Source: Candidatus Poribacteria bacterium (GTDB lineage Bacteria > Poribacteria > WGA-4E > WGA-3G). From it: a stretch of DNA of 64,000 bases. Positions within the stretch are counted from its first letter, which is position 1. Every line of letters begins with the position of its first letter. The translations under genes were made by a program, and so were the position numbers. Location: the NCBI GenBank assembly GCA_963665235.2, contig CAXXLX010000001.1, positions 1,984,001 through 2,048,000 on the forward strand, written 5' to 3'. The notes beneath the pieces are model-generated. The model did not search any database, was not told the origin of the DNA, and saw only the letters and a program-made list of their open reading frames with translations. Below are positions 28,829 to 38,558 of the stretch, one piece after another.

Positions 28829-29791
28829 ATGGAAACCAATACAAACAGCATAGAAGATCGAAATGTTGTGATAATTGGCGGCGGTACCGCTGGTTTCGCC
28901 GCAGGGGTCTATACCTCCCGGGCTATGCTGGAACCGGTGCTCCTTACGGGTGACGCGCTTGGCGGGCAGCTCTCGCTAACACTTGACCTAGAGAACTACC
29001 CCGGATTCTTCGGTAACGAAGCGGGGGTCTTTATACAAGGCATGCAGGAGCAAGCCGAACGGTTCGGCACTGAGGTCAAATTTGACACAGTCACAGCAGT
29101 TGATTTCTCAAAACATCCGTTTGTTGTCAACACCTACGGCAAAGAATACCGTGCCAAATCTGTGATTATCTGCACAGGTGCTTCACCGCGTACACTGAAC
29201 ATTCAAGGCGAAGAAGGGTATGGGGGACGCGGCGTTTCCTACTGTGCCACATGCGATGGATTTTTCTTCCAAGACCAACGTCTCATCGTCGTCGGAGGCG
29301 GGGATGCAGCATTAGAGGAGGGCATCTTCTTAACCAAGTACGCCTCCGAAGTCTACATCGTGCATCGACGAGACCAACTCCGGGCGAGCCAGATTATGCA
29401 GGAACGCGCCTTCAAAAACGACAAAATCAAGTTTATCTGGGACACCATCGTCGAAGAAATTAACGGCGATGCGGACAAAGTGACGGGTGCTACCCTCAAA
29501 AACGTCAAAACCGGGGAGACGCAACTTTTTCCAATTGATGGCGTATTTATTTTTATCGGGCATATTCCCAACACAGACCTCTTCACAGATGTCATAGATA
29601 TGGACGAACAGGGATATATCGTCGTAGACGCGATGCAACGAACGAACATAGATGGCGTTTTTGCCGCAGGCGATGTCCATGACCATGTATTTCGGCAAGC
29701 CATTACCGCTGCAGGCGCAGGCGCAGCAGCCGCTATCGCCTCCGAAAAGTTCATCGCTGAATTGGAGAACCGCGCCTATCCCGGAAACTAA
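28829..29791 (+). CDS. trxB: Thioredoxin-disulfide reductase
   Basis: GRGVSYCATCDG, VGGGDAALEE, VHRRDQLRA and GVFAAGDV motifs. Confidence 0.95.
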   Translation: METNTNSIEDRNVVIIGGGTAGFAAGVYTSRAMLEPVLLTGDALGGQLSLTLDLENYPGFFGNEAGVFIQGMQEQAERFGTEVKFDTVTAVDFSKHPFVVNTYGKEYRAKSVIICTGASPRTLNIQGEEGYGGRGVSYCATCDGFFFQDQRLIVVGGGDAALEEGIFLTKYASEVYIVHRRDQLRASQIMQERAFKNDKIKFIWDTIVEEINGDADKVTGATLKNVKTGETQLFPIDGVFIFIGHIPNTDLFTDVIDMDEQGYIVVDAMQRTNIDGVFAAGDVHDHVFRQAITAAGAGAAAAIASEKFIAELENRAYPGN

Positions 29792-29815
29792 CCAGCGTTA
29801 TAAAGGTTTAACATA

Positions 29816-31204
29816 ATGTCTAGACCAGAGGAATTCAGAACACATCTTAGGACGATCAGAACCACCTTTAAAACGATTACCGACGAACAATGCAAAGAGC
29901 TCCTCCGATTAGGGGTTCAGCAGCACGGGCTCACTCCCAATGAGGCAGTTGACCTTTTCAACGCATCGGGAATAATTGTCGGTGGCCATGTAAATTATTT
30001 TGAGGTATTAGGATTTTCAATCGCTGAGTTTCAAAACTTAAATGACACAATTATCGTGAATCGCGTGCAGGCAGCACACAAAAAGCTATATAACGCTTCA
30101 TTAATCGCGGGCGGTCGTCCCCGCGCCGATGGCAAGACAGAGGAACAGTGGCGAACTGTTTTAAATCAAGCCCGGGATACGTTGATTGACCCACAGAAAA
30201 GGCGCGAACACACTGTTATGCTCCAGCAGATGGAGAGTAATGATCCGGCAGCATTTACTGAGAGTTTTATAGCGGTTTTTTTACACACCCACGGACTCAC
30301 GGGGCACACGAATGGTGTCAATAGCATAGCCTATAGTCCGGATGGAAACACTATCGCTAGTGGGAGTGAGGACGATACCATACGCTTGTGGGACGCAAAC
30401 ACAGGCGGACATCTCCGCACCCTCATAGGGCATACATACGAAGTCAATAGCGTAGCCTATAGTCCAGATGGAAACACTATCGCTAGTGGAAGTGAAGACA
30501 ATACCGTCCGTTTGTGGGACGCAAACACAGGGGAATCCCTCTGGACGCTCGCAGGGCATACGAGTGGTGTCAATAGCATAGCGTATAGTCCGGATGGAAA
30601 CACTATCGCTAGTGGGAGTGAGGACGATACCATACGCTTGTGGGACGCAAAGACAAAAGAACACCTCCACACCCTCACAGGACATACGAGTGGTGTCAAT
30701 AGTATAGCGTATAGTCCGGATGGAAACACTATCGCTAGTGGAAGTAGGTACAAGCCATGGGTTGGGCCAAGTATGGGAGAGATGCGCTTGTGGGACGCAA
30801 ACACAGGCAAACACATCCACACTATCAAAGTGGGTAATCTCTATAGCACAGTACATAGCATAGCCTATAGTCCGGATGGAAACACTATCGCCAGCACTGG
30901 AGGCTGGGACGAAACCATCCACTTATCGGACACCAGCACTGGTACACACCTCCGCACATTTACCGGACATACGCATGAGGTCCGTAGCATAGCGTATAGT
31001 CCGGATGGAAACACTATCGCTAGTGGGAGTGAGGGCGGGAACATCTACTTGTGGGACGCAAACACAGGCGGACACCTCCACACCCTCACAGGGCATACGA
31101 GTGGTGTCCGTAGCATAGCGTATAGTCCGGATGGGAACACTATCGCCAGTGGAAGTCGGGACAAAGAAATCCGCTTGTGGAAACCGAGATACGCTAACTC
31201 CTAA
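29816..31204 (+). CDS. WD40-repeat protein (7 repeats) with N-terminal J-domain-like helical region
   Basis: Seven GH...S(I/V)AYSPDGNTIAS...LWD repeats; N-terminal NYFEVLG...LNQARDTLIDPQKRREH. Confidence 0.9.
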   Translation: MSRPEEFRTHLRTIRTTFKTITDEQCKELLRLGVQQHGLTPNEAVDLFNASGIIVGGHVNYFEVLGFSIAEFQNLNDTIIVNRVQAAHKKLYNASLIAGGRPRADGKTEEQWRTVLNQARDTLIDPQKRREHTVMLQQMESNDPAAFTESFIAVFLHTHGLTGHTNGVNSIAYSPDGNTIASGSEDDTIRLWDANTGGHLRTLIGHTYEVNSVAYSPDGNTIASGSEDNTVRLWDANTGESLWTLAGHTSGVNSIAYSPDGNTIASGSEDDTIRLWDAKTKEHLHTLTGHTSGVNSIAYSPDGNTIASGSRYKPWVGPSMGEMRLWDANTGKHIHTIKVGNLYSTVHSIAYSPDGNTIASTGGWDETIHLSDTSTGTHLRTFTGHTHEVRSIAYSPDGNTIASGSEGGNIYLWDANTGGHLHTLTGHTSGVRSIAYSPDGNTIASGSRDKEIRLWKPRYANS

Positions 31205-31353
31205 CCTTTCAGGGCAACCACCCTCTACCCTTATAGAAACACACAACGCCAACCCTCGTGTCAGAAACTTCACTTAGATGATGAGGCTATAATCCAATAG
31301 ACAGAAAAAACGCTAAACCTCCAATCACAAAATTTTGATTGTTACACCTCTTA

Positions 31354-31400
31354 AAATCCGCGAAATCCGATAAATCCGCGATAATCCGCGATTCAGACAA
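31354..31400. repeat. 9-10-mer AATCCGCG(A)-type tandem repeat ending CCGCGATTCAGACAA
   Basis: Related copies at ~16921-16956, 53867-53913, 53975-53999 and 63613-63659. Confidence 0.7.
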
Positions 31401-31471
31401 AACACGCGAAATCCACTCTTCCACCCTTCCATCCTTCCCCTATTCCTGTGACAAAAACTTTACACACCCCC

Positions 31472-31500
31472 TTGACCGATTTTGTTAAATATGCTATTAT
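31472..31500 (+). promoter_or_regulatory. sigma70-type promoter of the kinase gene
   Basis: TTGACC-17 bp-TATTAT with TG extension. Confidence 0.5.
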
Positions 31501-31597
31501 TTTTAAACAAACAATTGTAAAAACACGCGGTCAAGAAAATTTTCTGTTCGTAAATTACAACGCGTCCGAGGATTACCCGGTATCAAAAGGAAACCGT

Positions 31598-33235
31598 ATG
31601 ACAAACCACAAAACCCCACGACTTGCCCTCGGCTTAGATTCAAGCACACAGAGCCTATCGGCAATCGTCATCAACATCGACACAGCAGAGAAATGCTTTG
31701 AGCATTCGCTTGACTACCGCGCGGATGCACGCCTCAACGATTTCGGTATCGGAGCCGACTATATCTTGCCACCAAAGACTGAAGGCGAAGCGGAACAACC
31801 CCCCTTAATGTATCTCGCCTCCCTCGATGCAATGTTCACCGACATGCGCGAGGCAGGGGTTGCATTAGAGAATATCGTCGCCATCAACACATCCGGGCAA
31901 CAACACGGACATGTCTATCTGAACCGAAACGCCGCGATTATATTCGCCAACCTACAAAGGGTAGAGGGGAGCACGTTAGAATTAAAAACGCTTATAGGCG
32001 GAGCCTTCTCGTATTACACCGCACCGATATGGATGACCGCAAATACTGTCGCGCAGACAAACCGTGTGCGAGAAGCGGTCGGTGGCAAAACACAAATGAT
32101 TGAACGCTCCGGCTCCGATGCACCGCTAAGGTTTACAGGTGCAGTCATCCGGCGCGTTGCTGAACATGCATCACGCGCCTACGCGGCAACAGAAAGAATC
32201 CAGCTTATCAGCAGTTTTATTCCCGCAGTGCTAACGGCAAATGCGTCAGTGCCAATTGACACAGGCAACGGATGCGGCATGTCGCTTATGAACTATCGGG
32301 ATAAGGTGTGGGATGCCGAACTACTCTCAGCAACGGCACAAGACCTCCCGGGCGGTTCAGAAGGCTTGTTAGCCAAATTGCCAGAACTTGCCCCACCAGA
32401 TTCCATCGTCGGAAATATCGCTGTGTATTTCGTAGAAAAATACGGTTTTTCTCAAGAATGTTCAATTGTAGCAGGGTCAGGAGACAACCCGCAGGCGAAA
32501 GTGCCAGTCGCAGGCGACCTTCTCAGCCTTGGCACCAGTTTCGTCAATATGGTCTCAACCGATGGAGAGACGCTTGACCCTGAAGGGTTTGCTAACGCTA
32601 TGTATGATGGCATAGGTCGCCCCTTTATGTTCGGATGCCGTACCAACGGGGCCATGGTGTGGGATGCTGTTAGAAATCACTACGGGCTCTCGAAAGAGGA
32701 ATACGAACCTGCAGAAGCCGCATTGCGCGATGTGTCCCCCGGACAATTTATGACCTTTTGGCAACCGAAAACAGAATCTTTTCCTGTCTCCGGTGCCTTC
32801 GAGCAAATACGCATGACCGACTCCGACACCCCCAATCTAGCAGAAGATTATACGGGGGTTATAGAAACGAGTCTCGCTGCCGTTTATGTCTATTCACAAG
32901 TTTTTACAAAACAGACCCAAGACCCGCTATTTGTAACAGGCGGCGCGACAGGCAGCTCACAAATTATGCGACGTGTCGCTGGCATTTGGAACAGACCTGT
33001 TGTGCCCGTAGAAAAGGGCGGGGCTGCACTTGGTGCAGCAGTAGCCGGTGTAAACGCGTACTGTGCGGCTACAGATGAACCCTTTGATGTAGAGGCATTT
33101 AGTGCAGCAGTCTTAAAACGCGGTGAACGCATTCAATCGAACCGTGCCGATGTCGCAGCGTATCACGGAGAAGGGAATTACCTCCAACGATTCCGCGAAA
33201 CCTACGAAAAAATCATGAGGGACAACCCGCTGTAG
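31598..33235 (+). CDS. FGGY-family sugar kinase, xylulokinase-like
   Basis: LGLDSSTQS, SGQQHG, RFTG, GSGDNP, SLGTS and VTGGA motifs. Confidence 0.85.
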   Translation: MTNHKTPRLALGLDSSTQSLSAIVINIDTAEKCFEHSLDYRADARLNDFGIGADYILPPKTEGEAEQPPLMYLASLDAMFTDMREAGVALENIVAINTSGQQHGHVYLNRNAAIIFANLQRVEGSTLELKTLIGGAFSYYTAPIWMTANTVAQTNRVREAVGGKTQMIERSGSDAPLRFTGAVIRRVAEHASRAYAATERIQLISSFIPAVLTANASVPIDTGNGCGMSLMNYRDKVWDAELLSATAQDLPGGSEGLLAKLPELAPPDSIVGNIAVYFVEKYGFSQECSIVAGSGDNPQAKVPVAGDLLSLGTSFVNMVSTDGETLDPEGFANAMYDGIGRPFMFGCRTNGAMVWDAVRNHYGLSKEEYEPAEAALRDVSPGQFMTFWQPKTESFPVSGAFEQIRMTDSDTPNLAEDYTGVIETSLAAVYVYSQVFTKQTQDPLFVTGGATGSSQIMRRVAGIWNRPVVPVEKGGAALGAAVAGVNAYCAATDEPFDVEAFSAAVLKRGERIQSNRADVAAYHGEGNYLQRFRETYEKIMRDNPL

Positions 33236-33400
33236 AAAGATAACCTAAGTTGCCACATAGTAGCATAATCTTCCAGATTGTGCATATTTGTGTGCGAATT
33301 GGAAGTGAACGGGACAAATATTAGCTAATTATCAGCATATTTTCATTAAAGACGGTGTTTCCAGGTCTAAAAACTTATAAGTAGCAACTTGGGTAAAGAT

Positions 33401-33889
33401 ATGAACGAACTAACGCACTTTGACGAAAAAGGCAACACCCGGATGGTCGATGTCGGCGGAAAACCGGAAACGTTGCGTATCGCTATTGCTCAGGGACATG
33501 TGACAGCACACCCTGAAACGCTCCACCGCATTGCTGAAAAACAGATGCAGAAGGGTAACGTTTTGGAAGTTGCCCGCCTCGCTGGGTACATGGCAGCAAA
33601 ACGCACAAGCGAGCTCATACCGCTGTGTCACCCGCTTAATCTTACCTCTATCCGTGTCGATGTCGAAATCGTAGCGGAGCGGATAGAGATTGAGGCAGAA
33701 GTCCACACCGTTGGACGCACCGGCGTAGAAATGGAAGCACTCACAGCCGTGTCCATCGCAGGATTAACCGTTTACGATATGTGCAAAGCCATCGACCGAG
33801 AGATGTGCATCTCTGATATAAAGCTAGTCAAAAAAACTGGGGGGGCAAGTGGCGATTTCAACTTGGAAACCACCCGTGATGTCGAATAA
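33401..33889 (+). CDS. moaC: Cyclic pyranopterin monophosphate synthase
   Basis: [33 protein letters not shown] and YDMCKA motifs. Confidence 0.96.
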   Translation: MNELTHFDEKGNTRMVDVGGKPETLRIAIAQGHVTAHPETLHRIAEKQMQKGNVLEVARLAGYMAAKRTSELIPLCHPLNLTSIRVDVEIVAERIEIEAEVHTVGRTGVEMEALTAVSIAGLTVYDMCKAIDREMCISDIKLVKKTGGASGDFNLETTRDVE

Positions 33890-33922
33890 AATCAGATTTC
33901 ACTATAAGCGGAGAAAAAAGAT

Positions 33923-36826
33923 ATGCGCCGAATTATCATCACAATCCTTATCGTTTTCCTAACGGTTACCACAACAACTTTCGCAACAGATTACGTCCTA
34001 ATTCTCGGAGGCGTAGGCGGTGAGAAATCCTACTACGACCAGTTTTGGAGCGGCACCTCCCGCTTTCACCAATTGCTGACACAAGAATACGGGTATGCTC
34101 CGGAGCAGATTACCTTCCTATTTGAGGATGAGGGCAGCCTTCCGGGACTCGTCACAGGTTTAGCAGAGCGAGAGGTGATTTTAGAGACGTTTGCCGAGCT
34201 TGCCGAGAAGGTCCAACCGACGGATAGATTTATCCTTTTTATGCTTGGGCATGCCACGCGCACCAATGCTGACGTGAAATTTAACCTGCCGGGGCGGGAT
34301 ATCGCTCAAGCGGAATACACCGACAGCATTAACAGCATCCGTGCAGAACAGCAGCTGCTCGTCTTCGGGTTTCCCTATAGTGCAAGGATGGTCAAAGGCA
34401 TCAGTGCTTCAGGACGCATTATTATTACATCCAGCTCCGCGAAGGAGGGGTATGCCTCTCAAGCCAATTTCGGAGACCTCTTCGTTGATGTCTTCTCTGA
34501 ACCCGCCGCAGATACAAACAGCGATGGTGCAATATCGCTCCTAGAGGCGTTTCTTCGGATCCAAAACCGTGTCGATGAATGGTATGCCCAAGATGGCGCG
34601 CTGCAAGCAGAACATCCGCACCTCGATGATAACGGTGACGGTCGTGCCTCGCGCAAGGAGCTGGAAGACAGTGGTGAAGGAACGGTCGCCGAAAAAACAT
34701 TTTTAGGCAAACGCCGCACCCCACTTCCCATAATAGAACAGGCTGATGCACAGGATTCACCGGAGACTGAAGACGTTGGGCCGGCACCGCATACAGACGA
34801 AAACGGGCAGGTCCACGCGGAGGACACATCAGAAACACCGGAACAGACCGGCACGCAGGGAAAATCCTCGCTGCCTTACGATTTCATTAGCGAAGAAGAC
34901 ACACAAATCATCCAAGCACTCATAGAAAACGCTCCCCCCAAGCCAACCAACCCAAAAGATGGAGCTCTCGTTATATGGGAAGCGGAAACCTATGACATTG
35001 ATGAGGATGGCAAGCACGTCTATTCCACACGCCGAGTCGTCAAAATATTCAGCGAAGATGGGTACCACCTCGGTGAAATCAGAATCCCTTACACGCTCGG
35101 CGCAGATGACATCACTATCCATCACGCCTGGACACTGCAGCCCGATGGCACGAAAGTTGAACTAGATCAAAACGAAATTATCAGCGGAATTTCGCCAGCA
35201 AGTGCCGCTGAAGCGGGACTTCACGTCGACACCCGCTTGATGTACTTCGAATTGCCGAAGATGTCCGAGGGTTGCGTCATCGACTACGCCTATTCCACCA
35301 AAAACCCGAGACATGTCATGAAAGGCGAATTTTGGAAACAGGTACATTTTCAGGTAGATGTACCTGTGCACTACTACCGGCTCACGGTGCACACACCCAA
35401 GAAAATGCAGCTCCTTTACCGAGTAGACGGGCCCACAATTTTCCCAACTGTTACAGAGAAAAACTACACCCGCACCTATACATTTGAAGTGGAAGGTGTA
35501 CCCGCCCTACGTCAAGAACCGTTGATGCCTGCCGTTTCAGATTCCGCATATAACATCAGCCTCTCCTCCATCGATTCCTGGCACAAATTAATCGCATGGT
35601 ATGCAACCCTAATTCGGGAACAGGATAGAACCACGAAGGAAATCGAGGCAAAAACGGAAGAACTGCTCACTGGCGTATCTTCACGCGAAGAGAAGATTAA
35701 GCGACTCTACGAATTTGTCGCAACAAATATCCAGTACGCAGGCGATGAACGCGGAATTTGGGCTATCAAACCGTACCCTGCCGGTGAGGTTTTAGCGAAC
35801 GAATGGGGAGATTGCAAGGGCAAGTCCACCCTGCTGTCGACGATGCTTCGTGTCGCCGGTATCGATTCCTACCCTGTTCTAATTTCCGCGGGCAAAGCGC
35901 GCAGCATCGTCCGGGAAGTGCCCTCGCTCACCTATTTTAATCACATGATTCTCGCTGTAGATGGCGGAAAAGATAAAGACCTGATATGGCTTGACCCGAC
36001 TGTGCAAACCTGCGCTTATGGCGATTTTCCTGCCAGTGACCAAAATCGGTGGACGCTGATTATCAATACAGACGCACCGATAACAGACGAAGCGGACACC
36101 CCCGACCAACACCCGCAGAAACTAGATGGTGAAGAGATGGAAAACCGCCTCTATGTTTTTCAAAAAAGTCCATTACTTCCCGCAAATTCAAATATGCGTC
36201 GAACGACCACCCACGTCAAGGTCCGAAAAGACCAAAGCGTCCAAGTCTCACAGGAACTCTGGGTCTCCGGTGACTTCAACGCACGATTTCGAGCACGGCT
36301 CCTCGGGACCAGTCATCGCGAAGAACGCATCCGATTTCTCCGCGATACGTTCGAATTAGACGAACGTGCAAAGGTGGAAGGTTTTGAAATCTCGGAGGTC
36401 AAACAGTTAGGGCCCAATTTAAAGATTAACCTCTCCTGGTCCTGTAAGGAATATCTATACAAAATGGGCGACCAGTTTATCCTGGAACTTCCCGTTGTCA
36501 AACACCCCTATGCAGAACTGTTGAGAGAAGAGGAACGCAGCCACCCGGCTGTCTTGGGAAAAAACCTCACGTTTGAAGACGAAATCACCGTCGAGATAGC
36601 AGCTCCATTTGTGATAAAGGTGGTACCGGAACCCCAAAAATTGAAAACAGATGTCGCTGAAATCCAATTGGATTACAAGCAATCCGCACAGAAAGCGGAG
36701 ATGAAACAGATGATTCGTTTTCACGCTCCAACAGTAGAAGCCCGTGAAATCAGTCAGCTCACAGACATCGTCAGGCTCGCTTCAAGCCGAAGCACAAAAC
36801 GATTCATCTTAACGCAAAAACCGTAG
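33923..36826 (+). CDS. Secreted multidomain protein: caspase/C13-like N-domain + DUF3857 + transglutaminase-like + DUF3858-like
   Basis: Signal peptide; FILFMLGHA; ADTNSDGAISLLEAF; GDCKGKSTLL...FNHMILAV...WLDPT Cys-His-Asp triad. Confidence 0.75.
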   Translation: MRRIIITILIVFLTVTTTTFATDYVLILGGVGGEKSYYDQFWSGTSRFHQLLTQEYGYAPEQITFLFEDEGSLPGLVTGLAEREVILETFAELAEKVQPTDRFILFMLGHATRTNADVKFNLPGRDIAQAEYTDSINSIRAEQQLLVFGFPYSARMVKGISASGRIIITSSSAKEGYASQANFGDLFVDVFSEPAADTNSDGAISLLEAFLRIQNRVDEWYAQDGALQAEHPHLDDNGDGRASRKELEDSGEGTVAEKTFLGKRRTPLPIIEQADAQDSPETEDVGPAPHTDENGQVHAEDTSETPEQTGTQGKSSLPYDFISEEDTQIIQALIENAPPKPTNPKDGALVIWEAETYDIDEDGKHVYSTRRVVKIFSEDGYHLGEIRIPYTLGADDITIHHAWTLQPDGTKVELDQNEIISGISPASAAEAGLHVDTRLMYFELPKMSEGCVIDYAYSTKNPRHVMKGEFWKQVHFQVDVPVHYYRLTVHTPKKMQLLYRVDGPTIFPTVTEKNYTRTYTFEVEGVPALRQEPLMPAVSDSAYNISLSSIDSWHKLIAWYATLIREQDRTTKEIEAKTEELLTGVSSREEKIKRLYEFVATNIQYAGDERGIWAIKPYPAGEVLANEWGDCKGKSTLLSTMLRVAGIDSYPVLISAGKARSIVREVPSLTYFNHMILAVDGGKDKDLIWLDPTVQTCAYGDFPASDQNRWTLIINTDAPITDEADTPDQHPQKLDGEEMENRLYVFQKSPLLPANSNMRRTTTHVKVRKDQSVQVSQELWVSGDFNARFRARLLGTSHREERIRFLRDTFELDERAKVEGFEISEVKQLGPNLKINLSWSCKEYLYKMGDQFILELPVVKHPYAELLREEERSHPAVLGKNLTFEDEITVEIAAPFVIKVVPEPQKLKTDVAEIQLDYKQSAQKAEMKQMIRFHAPTVEAREISQLTDIVRLASSRSTKRFILTQKP

Positions 36827-36855
36827 TTGATACATACAATATAAGGAGCACGTAA

Positions 36856-37863
36856 ATGCCAGCAACCGAAGAAGTTCAAGCTATTGAAGAATTAATGGAA
36901 AGCCAAGAATTAATCTTGAGCCAACTCAAAAAAGTTATTATCGGCCAAGAGGAAATCGTCAATCAGATGTTGATGGCACTCTTCGCCGGCGGTCACTGCC
37001 TCGTCGAAGGGGTACCAGGGCTAGCGAAAACGTTGATGATTAAGACGCTTGCAGAAATTCTAAATCTCAAATTCAAGCGAATTCAGTTCACCCCGGACCT
37101 AATGCCCGCCGACATTATCGGTACCGACGTGCTTGAGGAGGACCGCACCACGGGACATAGAACCATTCGATTCATTCAGGGGCCCATCTTCGCGAACATC
37201 CTGCTTGCCGATGAGATTAACCGAACCCCTCCAAAAACACAAGCTGCCCTATTAGAGGCAATGCAGGAACATCATGTCACCGCAGGAGGCACCCAATACC
37301 AACTGACTGAACCGTTCTTTGTCCTTGCAACACAGAACCCGATTGAGCAGGAGGGCACATACCCGCTGCCTGAAGCACAACTCGACCGGTTCATGTTCAA
37401 AATTGTCATAGACTACCCGACAGAGGAAGAGGAGGTCAACATCATCTCCGCAACGACAGGCGCAGAGGTACCGGAACTAGAGACCGCCCTTTCGGGTGAA
37501 GCTATCGTCGCGCTCCACCAAATCGTACGCAGGGTGCCTGCCGCAGATAACGTCGTTCAATACGCCGTAAAACTCACGCGTTCAACCCGGCCCAAAGAGA
37601 AGGATGCCCCCGACTTTATCCAACAGTGGGTACGCTGGGGTGCAGGGCCCCGAGCAGGTCAATATCTAATCTTAGGCGCGAAAGCAAGGGCTATCCTCAG
37701 AGGCCGTTATAACGCCTCATGCGAAGATGTCAAATCGGTTGCCCCTGCAGTCCTACGGCACCGCGTTCTAACAAACTTCCATGCCGAAGCTGAAGGAATT
37801 GATACCGATACAGTTATACAACGCCTCCTTGAAACAGTTCAAGAACCTTCAATTCGCATGTAG
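36856..37863 (+). CDS. MoxR family AAA+ ATPase
   Basis: EGVPGLAKT, RIQFTPDLMPAD, LADEINRTPPKTQ and ATQNPIEQEGTYPLPEAQLDRF. Confidence 0.95.
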   Translation: MPATEEVQAIEELMESQELILSQLKKVIIGQEEIVNQMLMALFAGGHCLVEGVPGLAKTLMIKTLAEILNLKFKRIQFTPDLMPADIIGTDVLEEDRTTGHRTIRFIQGPIFANILLADEINRTPPKTQAALLEAMQEHHVTAGGTQYQLTEPFFVLATQNPIEQEGTYPLPEAQLDRFMFKIVIDYPTEEEEVNIISATTGAEVPELETALSGEAIVALHQIVRRVPAADNVVQYAVKLTRSTRPKEKDAPDFIQQWVRWGAGPRAGQYLILGAKARAILRGRYNASCEDVKSVAPAVLRHRVLTNFHAEAEGIDTDTVIQRLLETVQEPSIRM

Positions 37864-37871
37864 CAAAAATC

Positions 37872-38546
37872 ATGAGAATCTCGGTCATCATCCCTGTCTT
37901 GAACGAAGAAGCGGCAATCGCAAAGGTTATCAACGATATTCCGAAAACCTTAGTTCAAGAAATTATCGTTGTAGATAACGGATGCACCGACCGCACCGCG
38001 GCGGTGGCACGCGAACACGGGGCAAAAGTTGTGACCGAACCGAAAAGGGGATACGGGAATGCATGTCTCGCAGGCATTGCTGCCATACAGAACACCGACA
38101 TTGTCGTCTTTCTGGACGGTGATTATAGCGATGCCCCAACAGAGATGCCAACCCTCGTTCAACCAATTTGTGAGGGCAGAGCCGAACTCGTCATCGGTGC
38201 CCGCGTCCCTTGTGAAAAGGGAGCACTTCTACCGCAGGCGCGGTTCGGAAACAGACTCGCAACCCTCTTAATACGGCTCTTCTTCGGCGTACGATACACC
38301 GACCTGGGGCCCTTTCGCGCTATACGTTACACACAGCTGCTTGCACTAGAGATGCAGGATAAAACCTACGGATGGACAGTAGAGATGCAACTCAAAGCCG
38401 CAAAGATGGGAATGAATGTCTGTGAGGTGCCAGTCAGTTATAAAAAACGGATTGGCACATCTAAAATTAGTGGCACATTCACAGGCAGCATCCGCGCCGG
38501 GGTGAAAATACTGACAACACTCTTCCGCTACGGAATCCACCGCTAA
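37872..38546 (+). CDS. Glycosyltransferase family 2
   Basis: VIIPVLNEE, VVDNGCTD, FLDGD and TDLGPFRA motifs. Confidence 0.92.
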   Translation: MRISVIIPVLNEEAAIAKVINDIPKTLVQEIIVVDNGCTDRTAAVAREHGAKVVTEPKRGYGNACLAGIAAIQNTDIVVFLDGDYSDAPTEMPTLVQPICEGRAELVIGARVPCEKGALLPQARFGNRLATLLIRLFFGVRYTDLGPFRAIRYTQLLALEMQDKTYGWTVEMQLKAAKMGMNVCEVPVSYKKRIGTSKISGTFTGSIRAGVKILTTLFRYGIHR

Positions 38547-38558
38547 CGCAAAGAAAAA

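Noticed and set aside
30281-31273. Long antisense ORFs over the WD40 gene
   Set aside because: Shadow frames produced by the repeated coding sequence; no RBS or protein-like features.
31448-31597. N-terminal extension of the kinase ORF
   Set aside because: Runs through the repeat end and the predicted promoter; family similarity begins after ATG 31598.
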